A DNA stretch of 64,000 nucleotides, taken from Chiloscyllium plagiosum (lineage: Eukaryota). This document shows positions 47,700-59,722 of the stretch, in pieces; the first letter of the stretch is position 1; the number at the start of each line of letters is the position of its first letter. The stretch is taken from assembly GCF_004010195.1 (NCBI RefSeq), contig NC_057720.1, positions 8,723,665 to 8,787,664 of the forward strand, written 5' to 3'. A model generated the notes under the pieces. That model made no database searches. It was not told where the DNA came from and worked only from the letters and a program-made list of their open reading frames with translations. Both the position numbers and the translations under genes were made by a program.

Positions 47700-47935
47700 T
47701 TGAAAACTAAGGCACAGTGTGGACTGGATGTTAGGTGCCAGTGTGGTCTGGGGTGGAAGGTCATTGATCTGAACTTTTATTTGTGCAATGCTGGACTTTT
47801 TATTTCTTTATTTTCTAAGATCTTGTAACTGAAGGAGTTGTACCTAGGTACCTTTGCACCTAAGATGACACTGTAAGTGGTGACTTATAAACTTTTCACT
47901 GTCCTCATTTGAGTACATGTGACAATAACACTACT
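47700..47935 (+). mobile_element. Rex1-type 3' tail remnant
   Basis: aacttttcactgtcctcatttgagtacatgtgacaataa. Confidence 0.5.
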
Positions 47936-48094
47936 TCTAAAATCCATTTTCTGTTGTACACTGAGAATGATACCAGTTCTCGAAGATGGTTTTCTTCAGC
48001 TGCAGTACAGTGCAGCTTCGTGATTTGCGCTTGAATGGATTTTCCTTTCACTGTCGATTATGAAGTGCTTAGCCTCTGAAGTAGAAAGTTGAAA

Positions 48095-48385
48095 AATATT
48101 AGTTTGGGGGATAATTGGCAAAGCCAGCATTTGCTCCCCTTCTTCATTGCCCTGGACCTGAGTGGCTTGCTGGGCTAATTCCGAGTCAACCACCTTGCTA
48201 TAGGTTTGGAGTCACATGTAAATCAGCTTTCTAAGGAAAGAAGAATTCCTTCTTAAAGATATGAATGAATGAAATGGATTTTTACTACCTCTGACGATAA
48301 ATTCATGGCAACATTACTGAACCTGGCTTCACATTCTAGATTTATTAATTGAATTTAAATTCCACTAGTTGCCACAGTTGGGCCA
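48095..48385 (-). mobile_element. SINE family B
   Basis: gccagcatttgct...ctgagtggcttgctggg...gagtcaaccac...ggagtcacatgta. Confidence 0.65.
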
Positions 48386-48387
48386 CT

Positions 48388-48688
48388 TGATTAGATTTGA
48401 TACCCAACAGCATGGAAACAGGCCCTTCGGTCCAACAAGTCCACCCAGACCCATTCCCCTACCCTATACTTACCCCTAACCAATGCACTTGATATGATGG
48501 GCAGTTAGCACAGCCAATTCACCTGGCCTGCACATCTTTGGACTGTGGAAGGAAACCGGAGCAAATCCATGCAGACACGGGGACAATGTGCAAACTCCAC
48601 ACAGACAGCTGCCTGAGGCAAGAATCAAACCTAGGTCCCTGGCACTGTGAGACACCAGCACTAACCACTGAGCCACCATACTACCCAC
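48388..48688 (-). mobile_element. HE1-like V-SINE
   Basis: Tail, V-domain and head on minus. Confidence 0.88.
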
Positions 48689-48707
48689 ATTAGTAATGGC
48701 CTCTCAT

Positions 48708-48990
48708 ACAGCCATAGTATTGTACAGCACAGAAACATACCCTTCGGTCCAACCCGTCCATGCCAACCAGATATCCTAAATTAATCCAGTCCCATTTGCC
48801 AGCCATTGGCCCATACCCTTCTGCACCCTTCCTATTCATATACCCATTCAGATGGGGGCCTTTTAAATGTTGGGATTGTACCAGCCTCTACCGCTTCCTA
48901 TGGCAGCTCATTCCATTCACGCATCAACCTCTGCATGAAAACGCTGCTCCTTTGGACCCTTTTAAATCTTTCTCCTTTCACCCTAAACCT
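48708..48990 (-). mobile_element. CR1 3' end
   Basis: RFRVKGERFKRVQRSSVFMQRLMREWNELP. Confidence 0.82.
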
Positions 48991-48994
48991 TTGG

Positions 48995-49405
48995 CTTCTC
49001 TCCCATGGGTTCAATGCCCATTCCATAGCTAGAGTATGTGACTTAGGCTGATATCTCAATGCGAGACTGTCAGCAACTCTGTCCTTCCAATAAGCCATCA
49101 CCAGTCTTGACATCATTGATGAGTATAAAAGATCCCATGGAGTTATTTGAAGAGGCCATGTGATTGAAGCATTTAATCTACTCCACCAATTCATTGCTTT
49201 TGCATGTCCCTTGCTGTGCATGAATGGTCTCCCACACATACCTTTCCATTTTTACCTGGTGAGACTTCAGTCATCATTCTCCTCCACGTTAGACTTCATT
49301 TCCTGCATTACCTCCATGACACCAGTGACTACATTTCAAGAAAAAATGATTAATTCGCTAAAAAGACGCTTTGGGAAACCCTGAGAAAATGATGGCTGTT
49401 ATATT
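48995..49405 (+). mobile_element. DeuSINE-like element, old
   Basis: tgggttcaatgccc B box; taaaagatcccatgg..tatttgaagag; cagtgactacatttcaa...gacgctttgggaaaccctgag. Confidence 0.55.
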
Positions 49406-49431
49406 TTTGATTAATGAGATATTTTTTCTTC

Positions 49432-50252
49432 CTGGGCCTCTACTGTTTGTAATTTTTATTAATGACTTGGATGAGGGGATTGAAGGACGGGTCAGCAAGT
49501 TTGCAGATGACACAAAGGTTGGAGGTGTCGTTGACAGTATAGAGGGCTGTTGTAGGCTGCAGCGGGACATAACAGAGGGATCTTGGTGTGCAGGTACATA
49601 GATCCCTTAAAATGGCTACCCAAGTGGACCAGGTTGTTAAGAAAGCATATGGTGTTTTGGCTTTCATTAACACGGGGATTGAGTTTAAGAGTCATGAGAT
49701 CTTGTTGCAGCTCTATAAAAATTTGGTTAGACCGCACTTGGAATACTGCGTCCAGTTCTGGTCGCCCTACTATAAGAAAAATGCGGATGCTTTGGAGAGG
49801 GTTCAGAGGAGGTTTACCAGGATGTTGCCTGGACTGGAGCGTTTATCTTATGAAGAGAGGTTGACTGAGCTCGGACTTCTTTCATTGGAGAAAAGGAGGA
49901 GGAGAGGGGACCTAATTGAGGTATACAAGATAATGAGAGGCGTAGATAGAGTCGATAGCCAGAGACTATTTCCCAGGGCAGAAATGGCTAACACGAGGGG
50001 TCATAGTTTTAAGCTGGTTGGAGGAAAGTCAGAGGGGATGTCAGAGGCAGGTTCTGTACACAGAGAGTTGTGTGAGCATGGAATACGTTGCCAGCAGCAG
50101 TTGTGGAAGCAAGGTCATTGGGGACATTTAAAAGACTGCTGGACATGCATTTGGTCACAGAAATTTGAAGGTGCATATATGAGGATCAATGGTCGGCACA
50201 ATATTGTGGGCTGAAGGGCCTGTTCTGTGCTGTACTGTTCTATGTTTTATGT
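49432..50252 (+). mobile_element. CR1 RT/3' end, relatively young, with internal deletion
   Basis: [35 protein letters not shown] 49588-50214 LVRPHLEYCVQFWSP..RFTRMLPGL; gggctgaagggcc tail. Confidence 0.92.
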
Positions 50253-50538
50253 TTAAACCCTATTTCCTAAAAAACAACTGGGACTGGGCTTAAACAATAA
50301 CATTGTTTTTACCTTAAACAATAACTGATTGGTTTTGTATAAAACAAGTTCTGCCTTGAGTCTTTTCTGTTCCAAATGTTTCAATTTTCTTTCATCTTTT
50401 GACCTCCAACTGTTTTCAGTTCATTCTTGTGATGTCTTTTTTTATGCTGGTTAACCTACATGTGACTCCAGATCCACAAAATGCACTTAAAGTTTAACTG
50501 CCCTCTGGGAAATTAAGGATGGGCAATAGTCAGTGACG

Positions 50539-52134
50539 GGGTAAAAACAATGATTGCAGATGCTGGAAACCAGATTCTGGAGTAGAGTGGTGCTGGAAAA
50601 GCACAGCAGTTCAGGCAGCATCTGAGAAGGAGGAAAATCCAACATTTCGGGCAAAAGCCCTTCATCAGGAATACAGGCAGAGAGCCTGCAGGGTGGACAG
50701 ATAAATGAGAGGAGGGTGGGGGTGGGGAGAAAGTAGCATAGAGTACAATAGGTGATTGGGGGAGGGGANNNNNNNNNNNNNNNNNNNNNNNNNNNNNNNN
50801 NNNNNNNNNNNNNNNNNNNNNNNNNNNNNNNNNNNNNNNNNNNNNNNNNNNNNNNNNNNNNNNNNNNNNNNNNNNNNNNNNNNNNNNNNNNNNNNNNNNN
50901 NNNNNNNNNNNNNNNNNNNNNNNNNNNNNNAGGAGGCCCAGGACCTCCATGTCCTCGGCAGAGTGGGAGGGGGAGTTGAAATGTTGGGCCATAGGGCAGT
51001 GTGGTTGATTGGTGCAGGTGTCCCAGAGATGTTCCCTAAAGCGCTCTGCTAGGAGACGTCCAGTCTCCCAAATGTAGAGGAGACCGCATCAGGAGCAACG
51101 GATACAATAAATGATATTAGTGGATGTGCAAGTAAAACTTTGTTGGATGTGGAAGGCTCCTTGGATGGAGGCAAGGGAGGAGGTGTGGGCGCAGGTTTTG
51201 CAATTCCTGTGGTGGCAGGGGAAGGTGCCAGGATGGGAGGGTGGGTTGTAGGGGGGCGTGGGACCTGACCAGGTAGTCACAGAGGGAAAAAGTCTTTGCG
51301 GAAGGCGGAAAGGGGTAGGAAGGGAAATATATCCCTGATGGTGGGGTCCGTTTGGAGGTGGCGGAAATGTCGGTGGATGATTTGGTTTATGCGAAGGTTG
51401 GTAGGGTGGAAGGTGAGCACCAGGGGGCTTCTGTCCTTGTTATGGTTGGAGGGGTGGGGTCTGAGGGCAGAGTTGCGGGATGTGGACGAGATGCGTTGGA
51501 AGGCATCTTTAACCACGTGGGAAGGGAAATTGCGGTCTCTAAAGAAGGAGGCCAACTGGTGTGTTCTGTGGTGGAACTGGCCCTCCTGGGAGCAGATACG
51601 GCGGAGGCGGAGGAATTGGGAACATGGGATGACATTTTTGCAGGAGGTAGGGGGTGGGAAGAGGTGTAATCCAGGTAGCTGTGGGAGTCAGTAGGTTTGT
51701 AAAAAATGTTGGTGTCAAGTTGGTCGTCATTAATGGAGATGGAAAGGTCCAGGAAGGGGAGGGAGGTATCAGAGATGGTCCAGGTAAATTTAAGGTATGT
51801 GTTGGTGAAGTTGATGAATTGCTCAACCTCCTCACGGAGCACGAGGTGGCACCAATGCAGTCATCAATGTAGTGGAGGAAGAGGTGGGGAATGGTGCCAG
51901 TGTAACTGCAGAAGATGGACTGTTCTACATAGCCAACAAAGAGACAGGCATAGCTGGGGCCTATACGGGTGCCCATGGCTACCCCTTTGGTCTGAAGAAA
52001 GTGGGAGGATTCAAAGGAGAAATTGTTAATGGTGAAGACCTGTTTGGCCAAACGAATGAGAGTGTCAGTGGAAGGGTACTGTTGGGGACGTCAGGAGAAG
52101 AAGAAATGGAGGGCTTGGAGGCCCTGGTCATGGC
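50539..52134 (-). mobile_element. Penelope-like element, 5'-truncated and frameshifted: RT, linker, GIY-YIG, pLTR
   Basis: QTKGVAMGTRIGPSYACLFVG, YIDD, FLDL, FYKPTDSHSYLDYTSSHP, CHHRNCKTC, NIIYCIRCS; pLTR with cctgatgaagggcttttgcccgaaatgtt (minus, ~50641-50669); inserted in a family-B SINE tail, flanked by gtgacg. Confidence 0.92.
50769..50930. other. Assembly gap (162 N)
   Basis: Run of N inside the PLE. Confidence 1.
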
Positions 52135-52279
52135 GTGACGCCAACATCCATGACTTTAAAAAGAAATCCAGGGGCAGGTGAAGAGTGATGGGGCTCAGAT
52201 TGTGAAGTTTTTGTAAGGGAGCTGCAGCAGTGAAGCCTCTGTATTGCACACTGTGGCTAGTGAAATGAATCTGGACCAG

Positions 52280-52570
52280 AATGGTGTTTCAGTGGTTAAC
52301 ATGGCTGCCTCACAGTGCTAGAGACCTGGGTTTGAATCCACCCTTAGGCAACTGTCTGTGTGGAGTTTGCACATTCTCCCGGTGTCTGCAAGGGTGTGCT
52401 CCGGTTTCCACCTACAGTCCAAAGATGTGCAGGTTGGGTGGATTTTCCATGGTAAATGCAGGGTTTTAGGAACAGGATGGGGGTGGCTCTGGAAGGGAAT
52501 ATCCTTTGGAGGTTTGGTGTTGACTCATTGGGCTGATTGGCCTGATTCTGCATTATAGAAATTCTATGGT
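52280..52570 (+). mobile_element. HE1-like V-SINE, older
   Basis: cagtggttaacatggctgcctcacag head and V-domain. Confidence 0.85.
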
Positions 52571-52659
52571 CCTAAGGAGGTGGCAATGAGGAGTGTTGGG
52601 TGGGGGTGAGATTAGATAAAATACAGTAGTAGGCCATAGCCTCTAAGTTTGCAGGGTAA

Positions 52660-52865
52660 AGTGAGAGCTGCACAGCTTTGGACTGTGGGAGGAAACCGGA
52701 GCACCTGGAGGAAACACACGCAGTTCAGGGAGAACGTGCAAACTCCACACAGGTCAAAATCCTGGAATTCCCTCCCAAAGGACATTGTGGGTCCACCTAC
52801 AGCACATGGAAGGCAGCTCACTAGCACCTTCTTGAGGTGCAACTAGGGATAGGCAATAAATGCTT
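52660..52865. mobile_element. HE1 fragment (minus) abutting an L2/Crack-like tail (plus)
   Basis: ctgcacagctttggactgtgggagg...ctccacaca joined to ggtcaaaatcctggaattccc...ggcaataaatgct. Confidence 0.75.
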
Positions 52866-53014
52866 CAAATTTAAAAATCTTCAGTCTTAGTTTGAGAAAT
52901 TTACTGAGGCCCAAAATGGTTCTTTTGAATGAGGTAGCATTCGCTATGGGAACCTGCAAACAAACTCATTAGCTCTTTGAATGGCAAATCTTCCATCTGG
53001 TATTTACCTGTTAG

Positions 53015-53250
53015 TTAATTAGAATTAGACTTTATCGTCACTTGTCCTGAAGTACAGGAGTACAGTGAAAAGTGTAAAATGTCATCATTCCTGGTGCCAT
53101 ATTAGGTATGAAGATTCCTCGATACAAAATCTTAGATAAAAATTAAAAAAATAAAGAAGCAAAGTTAAAAATTAAACATTATAACCCTACTTAGTATTAA
53201 GTAGAAAAATAAAGAAATAAGTTAAAACTTCAACAGTCTTTCTTAAGTGG
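53015..53250 (-). mobile_element. Rex1-type 3' tail-bearing repeat
   Basis: ttagactttatcgtcacttgt...gtacagtgaaaag, homologous to 47700-47935. Confidence 0.5.
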
Positions 53251-54544
53251 TCAGCCATGTGGGGTTGCACTATCTACAAGGGCTCGATCTCCTCCAGTTT
53301 GACCCACTCTCAGGGAGACCTTAGGCATCTGCTCTCACCACCACATTGAGCTCATGTTTCTTGCATTGGGTTCGATCTCCAGCCACCAAAGACCCCGCTC
53401 TGGGCCCCCAGCTGCTGCCACGTTCCAGACCTCCAGCAGAAGTTCAAACTGTTTGGGGGAGGATATAAATGCCACTGACAGATTACCCCGTCGCAGACTT
53501 GAACAGATTGCATGGAGGAGAGCGATGGGATCCCCACCCTCCAGTTTGATTAGATACCAGCCCACCACAGAGAGAGGGAGAACATGTTTCCATCTCCAGT
53601 CTGACCAAACCTGTGCTGACAACTGACATCCTTTCGGGCCGTATTACACCAGTGTCAAATTAATAATTTAAAGATGGTGACCTGATGGTCGTTGCAAAGT
53701 TTAAGATTTCCACTCAAGGAAAATAGGAATCCGTGCTACTAGTAGCACTATCCCAGGAGACTCCTGGTTAATAGCTTTGCTGATTCCTCAAATGGGTGAA
53801 AATTGCTTCAGTACAGACGCTCACACAGCTGTTGAGCTCTGAAGGAGTGCAGCTGCTTTGACACAAGGAAGCAAAATTTACAAGTGAGGAAATGTTACGC
53901 AGAAGGGCTGTTTGACAGGTGTAGAGAAGGATAGTTCTGGAACAGCAGCTGCACTATTCTTGGCAGCATTTGTGAGGGAGGAACATTCAAAAAGATATTT
54001 TAATGTTTCCAGTTTTCAAATGCTGCACCTTTACCATCCTTGAGACCCACCGGAACATGTACACAGAATATTAGTTTAAAGTTTGACCCAGAAGATATTT
54101 CCTGTTCCTAATACTTCATTGATTGATTGTGCACTTCTCTGGAACAATGACTGCCTGGTGACAGATAATACAGCATGTAGACATAAGCCTATCACCTTAA
54201 ACTGTGGCCTGAATATCTTTGGTTCCTAGTCTTCATCTCAACTTTTCACTCTTCCAACAATTGAGGTTCAATTCTTTGATTTCACATTATTCACTCAATT
54301 CTGCTGTCAATGCTGGAAAGTTAATCCTCAAATCTGAAATACTCTTCCAAAACCCTTGTACTTAATTTCATCCCTTTTCACCTTCAAATACTCTGGCTTC
54401 ATGTAAATCTTCCACACTTCCACAAATCTCTCGCTGTTCTTCATGTCTAATTTTTGGTAAGAATCTTTGGTTATGTTCTTACAATAATATAAAGGCGAGG
54501 TTGTTTTTTTTGTAACAGGTACTAAGAATGTTTAAGTTTGACAT

Positions 54545-54745
54545 CAGTAAAAAAGGTTAAATCACCATAGTCCCATGCTCTCCTTAGAGAGAGAAAACCT
54601 ATGGCATGTCTAACCTGAGGACCACCAAACCCCATGGGAGGGGAAAGGTTAAGAAGACAGGGCTTTCTCAGTGATGTCAGCTGGTACAGGAATCGAATCG
54701 ACACTGTTGGTGCCAATTGCACATTCAACCATTCAGCTGAAATAA
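54545..54745 (-). mobile_element. tRNA-derived SINE family C
   Basis: Minus B box ttcgattcc (ggaatcgaa near 54690); taaatcaccatagtccc tail. Confidence 0.55.
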
Positions 54746-54749
54746 CTCC

Positions 54750-54941
54750 ATGAAGGCCAGTTACCAACTCACCCTTAAGGTGCATCATAGATGACACTGA
54801 CCCAGCTAACACAGAGCCAGTTTGTAGAGTGAGCAGAACCCCTGACACTCTTGTTCTTATCTGTCAGCCAGGGCTCCCTGACTGGGCCACATTAACAAAC
54901 CCAATCAGGTCCATCTGGCTGAGCTCATTCCAATCATCACA
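54750..54941 (-). mobile_element. Solo LTR, same family as 27690-27924
   Basis: ttatctgtcagccagggctccctgactgg...cattccaatcatcaca. Confidence 0.6.
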
Positions 54942-55546
54942 TCAGCCACTGAATTCAGTGGTCATTGTCACTCTCAGTATTAACTGAATCAACACTCACC
55001 CTGTTCCTGCAAACTCCTCCACAAGATTCAAACCCTGGATTCATGCATCTTTGAATTCCAGCCCTATCCCGATTACCACCATCACTGGTCACAGAGTTTT
55101 TCATCGTCCCTCATTCCTATTGTTCTACTACTCCCCTTCTTACTTTTAAAAGTTTCTTCATTCTACTCTTGGACTTCTCTCAAAGCTATCACTCACGGTG
55201 AATTTGTGCTGTACTTTGGCATACATGGTATCTCCCATATGAAATACAAATGTGAAGTTCCACACAATGTACAAGATGTATTACAGGAGAAACCATACAC
55301 TTAACATTAGTTGACTGGAACTGGGTAAATTTCAGACTGGAGATGAGGAGGATTATTGTCTCTCAGACTCTTTGGAACTTGTTGCCACAGAGAGCTGTGG
55401 TGGCACAGTTTTTGTGTATATTTAAGGCTGAGACAAATAGTGCAGTGATTGGAATCATGGTCAGATAGATCTGACGTTTTGTTTGGCATTGTTACCTGGG
55501 TCAATCAGGGAGCCCTGGCTGACACAGATAAACAGGAAATCGAAAC

Positions 55547-55950
55547 CGGGTGTCCCTGGAGAAGGAGCACATGGTGTCCACCAACACTCTCAATCTCTTT
55601 AGAGAGTGGTGGGCACCGCAAGGAGTGGAATTCTGTATTTTTCCCTCCAACTCTATTTTGATTTGATCCTTATCCACCCTTCACTTTTTCTTTGATATAG
55701 GTTTTGTCCCTATGGGACTCTGTTTGTCACTGGTTCCTTGGCAACACAGGTATTTTACCAGGTGGTGGAATATTGATAAAGTTATTTATACCTGGTGTTT
55801 TCACTGTCTCTTGCATCTACACACACACACACAATCGCACACACACACAATAACACACACACACAACATGAGTTCTGGGGAAAGTAAGCACTACTGCACT
55901 ACTGCTGTATCGCAGCAGTGTAGAGGTGTAAAAAATATTTAAAAAGAAAA
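55547..55950 (+). mobile_element. Tx1/L1-clade LINE 3' end
   Basis: RVSLEKEHMVSTNTLNLFREWWAPQGVEF C-terminus, 3' UTR with (ca)n and an A-rich end. Confidence 0.6.
55819..55866. repeat. Imperfect (CA)n microsatellite
   Basis: acacacacacacacaatcgcacacacacacaataacacacacacacaa. Confidence 0.9.
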
Positions 55951-56012
55951 CAACACCTAAACAGAAGATTCAAAAGATCTCCTTATTCCAAGGATTGGCT
56001 CTGAGCTGGCTG

Positions 56013-56192
56013 AGGTTGAGAGTGTGTTGCTGGAAAAGCACAGCAGGTCAGGCAGCATCCGAGGAGCAGGAAAATCATCAGGGCTCTGGCCCGAAATGTC
56101 AATTTCCCTGCTCCTCGGATGCTGCGTCACCTGCTGTGCTTTCCCAGCAACACACTCTCAACTCTCATCTCCAGCATCTCAGGCCTCATGTA
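56013..56192 (+). mobile_element. PLE family-1 hairpin unit with 13-bp TSD (1 mismatch)
   Basis: Arms gttgagagtgtgttgctgg../..ccagcaacacactctcaac; TSD tctgagctggctg 56000-56012 / tctgggctggctg 56193-56205. Confidence 0.85.
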
Positions 56193-56584
56193 TCTGGGCT
56201 GGCTGGTCACAGCCCATGTACAATGCATATGTAAATAAAGGGCGACTTGGTGATGGGATACTGGCTTCTGTGCAGATATTTCAGGTAGATGACAGACCAG
56301 TTGGAGAATCAATGCTCACAGGGAAAAGGCAGGAAGGTGGACACGATGAAGGTCAGATCTGCCATAATCCTATTGAATGTCAGAACAGGCTCAAGGGGTC
56401 GAACAGCCTATTCCTATTCCTATTCCCTATGGTCTTATACCTGTTACAGTTTCTTCATGAGAAATATGGATTGCAGCTTAGCATTCATGTCAGGGTTTTA
56501 CATTTTCTGAAAGTGATTCATCTCCTTATCCCAATCAGACAAGGCATTGATTTTCTCACCAGTTTGTTGCATAACCATCAATAA

Positions 56585-56833
56585 TACAAGAGAAACTCAG
56601 CAGGTCTGACAGCGTTGGTGGAGAGAGAATCAGAGTTAACATTTCAAGTCTTAAACGATTCTTCTTCAGAACTGAAGGGGGTCTGGAAAAGTGATGAATT
56701 TTATGATGGAAGAAAAAGGAAGGAGATGAGTGAGTGGAAAAAATGGGAAAGGTGCCCAAAGCAAAAGACAGAGGGAGTACTAATGGCAGGAATTTTTATT
56801 TCAGATCTCCAACATTCAGAGTATTTTGTTTTT
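56585..56833. mobile_element. PLE family-3 inverted pLTR remnant
   Basis: Minus core ttctgaagaagaatc...gacttgaaatgttaac; plus tail tttcagatctccaacattc. Confidence 0.6.
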
Positions 56834-57067
56834 ATAGGATACACTGAGCGAAGTCCGACTTTGTTATCGGGTCATAGCAGCTCACGAACCAGCTCGTAAC
56901 CTGCTGCTTATGATAAAGCTTGATCTCACCATCCCAGATTTGGAAGTTTAGGGGCTTGCTTGTTATAGTGTGGTGAAGGGAAACAATATGCTGGCCTAAC
57001 TAGAAGGGTCTCTAGCAGTTAAAAAAGTATTGTTTATTGCATGCTATTACAGATTACATTGCTCTGG

Positions 57068-57270
57068 TGATGTGGAGGTGCCGGTGTTGGACTGAGTTGG
57101 ACAAGGTCAGAAGTCACACGTCATCAGATTATGGTCCAGCAGGTTTATTTGAGACCACAAGCTTTTGTTGTGCTGCCCCTGACAATAATATAAGATCATA
57201 GGGAATAGGAAAGCTTGTGATTGTAAACAAATCTGTTGGGCTATAACCTGGTGCCACCTGACTTTTGAAA
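57068..57270 (-). mobile_element. PLE family-2 hairpin unit, old
   Basis: tgatgtggaggtgccggtgttggactg tail; imperfect inverted arms. Confidence 0.72.
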
Positions 57271-58079
57271 TTATTCTGATGGACATTGTTAACTGAGCCA
57301 TTGAGGAAGATCAGATGTACAAAATCATTCTTTGAAGATCCTCTGTTACTTTTCCCACAATGTTATCGTTTTGAACCAATACTATGGAACTCCTTAGTAT
57401 TAATGCTTCCAAACCTTTTCCAGCCCATTTGCAACATCTCTTCGACAAGAATTGTCCCCATTATTAACATTATATTTTTGTGTATCTAATTATACTTACC
57501 TCCACCTCAGCTTCCACTATGTCTCTGACTTAACACATTCAGACATCCCAGAGGTTTCACTATTCTCCCACAAAAGCATTCTCTTTGGACTTGAAAGATT
57601 GACAGTTTTCTTTGTTAATAATAATTGCCTTTGATTCCTTAAATCTGAGGTCTCCAGGCACCTTAAAACCGAAATAACTTAAATCACTCGAATCCCTTTT
57701 GTCGGGAACATCTTCACTTCTGACACAGGCAATTTCTTCTTTACAGTATTGTAAAGACTGTATTTTTTTTATTTTATCAGTATTTTTGCAAGTGGACCAA
57801 AATGGGAAAGTGCAGTTTTGAAAATCAAGAATTGTTAAGGGAATGCTGCATTTTTTAAAGCCAAGTAACCGAACACTCATTGCAAATGATGTTTACACAG
57901 CTGCTGATTCAAGCTAAAGTGAAAGTTTTGCTGGAGTCAATTGCTGTGTATAAATCAGGATTCAGCCGGCAACATGTAACTGACTGGTCTTGGAACTGCA
58001 GGTTATTGATGACAATGACCTTCTGCCTGGCAACATCAATGTGATTGGTCCTTAGGCAGCTGAACTGTTTGGGGACCCT

Positions 58080-58839
58080 GTATATGATAGTAAGAAGTCA
58101 TCAGCTCTCTGTGAGTCCAGGAGCTATCATTGATCTCTGCAAAATAATAAAATAAGTTTGAAGAAAGCCAGATTATTTTTCTGTAAACTGTGACTTTCAG
58201 TTCACAAGTCAAAGGTCTTTATAAGTGTGAACCAGTCCCTTTGTGCCTCCAGTTGATAGTGTGGCACTGGAAAAGCACAGCAGGTCCGGAGCATCCAAGG
58301 AGCAGGACAATCAATGTTTCGGGCTTAAATCCTTCATCACACTCGAGTGTGGCGGTTAAGTGGTCAAGCGCTACACTCTTGACTCTCATCTCCAGCGTCT
58401 GCAGTCCTCCCTTTGTGCCTCCAACAAGCAAATGCATCGAGAGAGTAAATTTGAGTAGCAACATTCTGATCAGTACCAGAATCATCTTGGAAAACCCTAT
58501 GAACAAGGACCAGTGAACTGCCTTCACAGTCTTTCCCTCTCTCTCTATGACACTCATGCTTTCCTTTCTCTTTGTGTATGTGTAAGGGTGAATTCATTAG
58601 TGCGGGGGGGGGGAGTTTTAATCCGTACAGTTAAATGCCAATGCTTCATAATCATTTACCTGTAACTAAAGACTACTTGTTTGTAATAAACAGTAATTGT
58701 TGTGAAGCACAGAAACCTAGTTTCTGATCTGTCAATCTAGATCTAAAAGGCAGGTGAATTAGGAAATTCTGTGCACTTTCCAAAAATCTTAACTTTTGTG
58801 ACAGCTCCGGGAATACTACCTCAGTCACATGATGTAACA
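58080..58839 (+). mobile_element. Possible solo LTR-like element (tg...gtaaca)
   Basis: TATAA near 58220, AATAAA at 58685, ends gatgtaaca; no coding region. Confidence 0.35.
58252..58407 (+). mobile_element. PLE family-1 rearranged hairpin unit with 16-bp TSD
   Basis: TSD tccctttgtgcctcca at 58236-58251 and 58408-58423. Confidence 0.82.
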
Positions 58840-58899
58840 TCTTGAATCATTAGACATTGTGAACCCCTTTTCAGTGGTGGATTCCACCGAAGTGTGTAC

Positions 58900-59722
58900 A
58901 ATTGCAGATACGGGCAGAGAAATGGCAGATAGAGTTTAATCCAGGTATGTATGAGGTGCTGTACTTTGGGAGATCAAATGTTAAGGAAGAGCACACAGTT
59001 AGTGGCAGAACCCTGGACAGCATTGATGTACAGAGGGATCATGGGGTTCAAGTCCATAGCTCGCTGAAAGTGGCCACACAAGTACGTAGAGTAGTAAAGA
59101 AGTCATATGACATGCTTGCCTTTGTTGTTTGGGGAATTGAGTACAAGAGTCAGGATGTCATTTTGCAGCTTTATATCTACATTTAACCCTACTGTAAGAA
59201 TTTAGTTAGGCCACACTTAAGAGTATTGCATTAAATTCTGATTACTATGTTAAAGGAAAGATTTGGAGACTTTGGAGAAGCTGCAGAAGATGTTTACCGG
59301 GATGCTGCCTGGATTAGAGCGCATGAGCGATCAGTGGAGGCTGGAAAACTTGAGTTGTTTTCTCTGGAGCGGCGGAGGCGAAAGTGAGACTTGATGGAAG
59401 TCTATAAATTTATAAGATAAGATCAAAGGTTAGAATCTTTTTCCCAAAGTTGAAATGTCTAATACTAGGGGGCATGAATTTAAGGTAAGAGGGGGAAAGT
59501 TCAAAGGAGATGTGAAGGGCAAGTTTTTTACCCAGAGTGGTAAGAGTCTGGAATGCGCTACCAGAGATAGGGGTGGAGGCAAATACATTAGGGACTTTTA
59601 GATTGGCACCTGAATATGCAAGGAATGGAGGGATATGGACCAAGGGCAGGCAGAAGGAATTAGTTTGGTGTTATGTTCAGCACAACATCATTCCTGTACT
59701 GTAGTGATCTATGTTCTATATT
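58900..59722 (+). mobile_element. CR1 3' fragment
   Basis: AEKWQIEFNP..VQVHSSLKVATQV..GIEYKSQDVILQLY. Confidence 0.88.

Larger units (their letters stand above)
55441..56283 (+). mobile_element. Solo LTR (family of 27690-27924) interrupted by Tx1 and PLE insertions
   Basis: tgcagtgattggaa start, tcaatcagggagccctggctgac; resumes ~55995 and ends aataaagggcgacttggtgatgggatactggcttctgtgcagatatttca. Confidence 0.65.
55315..56440 (+). mobile_element. CR1 3' tail split by a nested LTR/Tx1/PLE stack
   Basis: gagatgaggagg...tatttaaggctgagac (to 55440) resumes ~56284 with gggaaaaggcaggaaggtgg...ggctcaaggggtcgaa. Confidence 0.65.

Noticed and set aside
50513..51052. ORFs containing X runs
   Set aside because: Artefacts of translating through the N gap.
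57560..57880. 106-aa minus ORF
   Set aside because: No recognisable homology, and it stops before the nearby donor.
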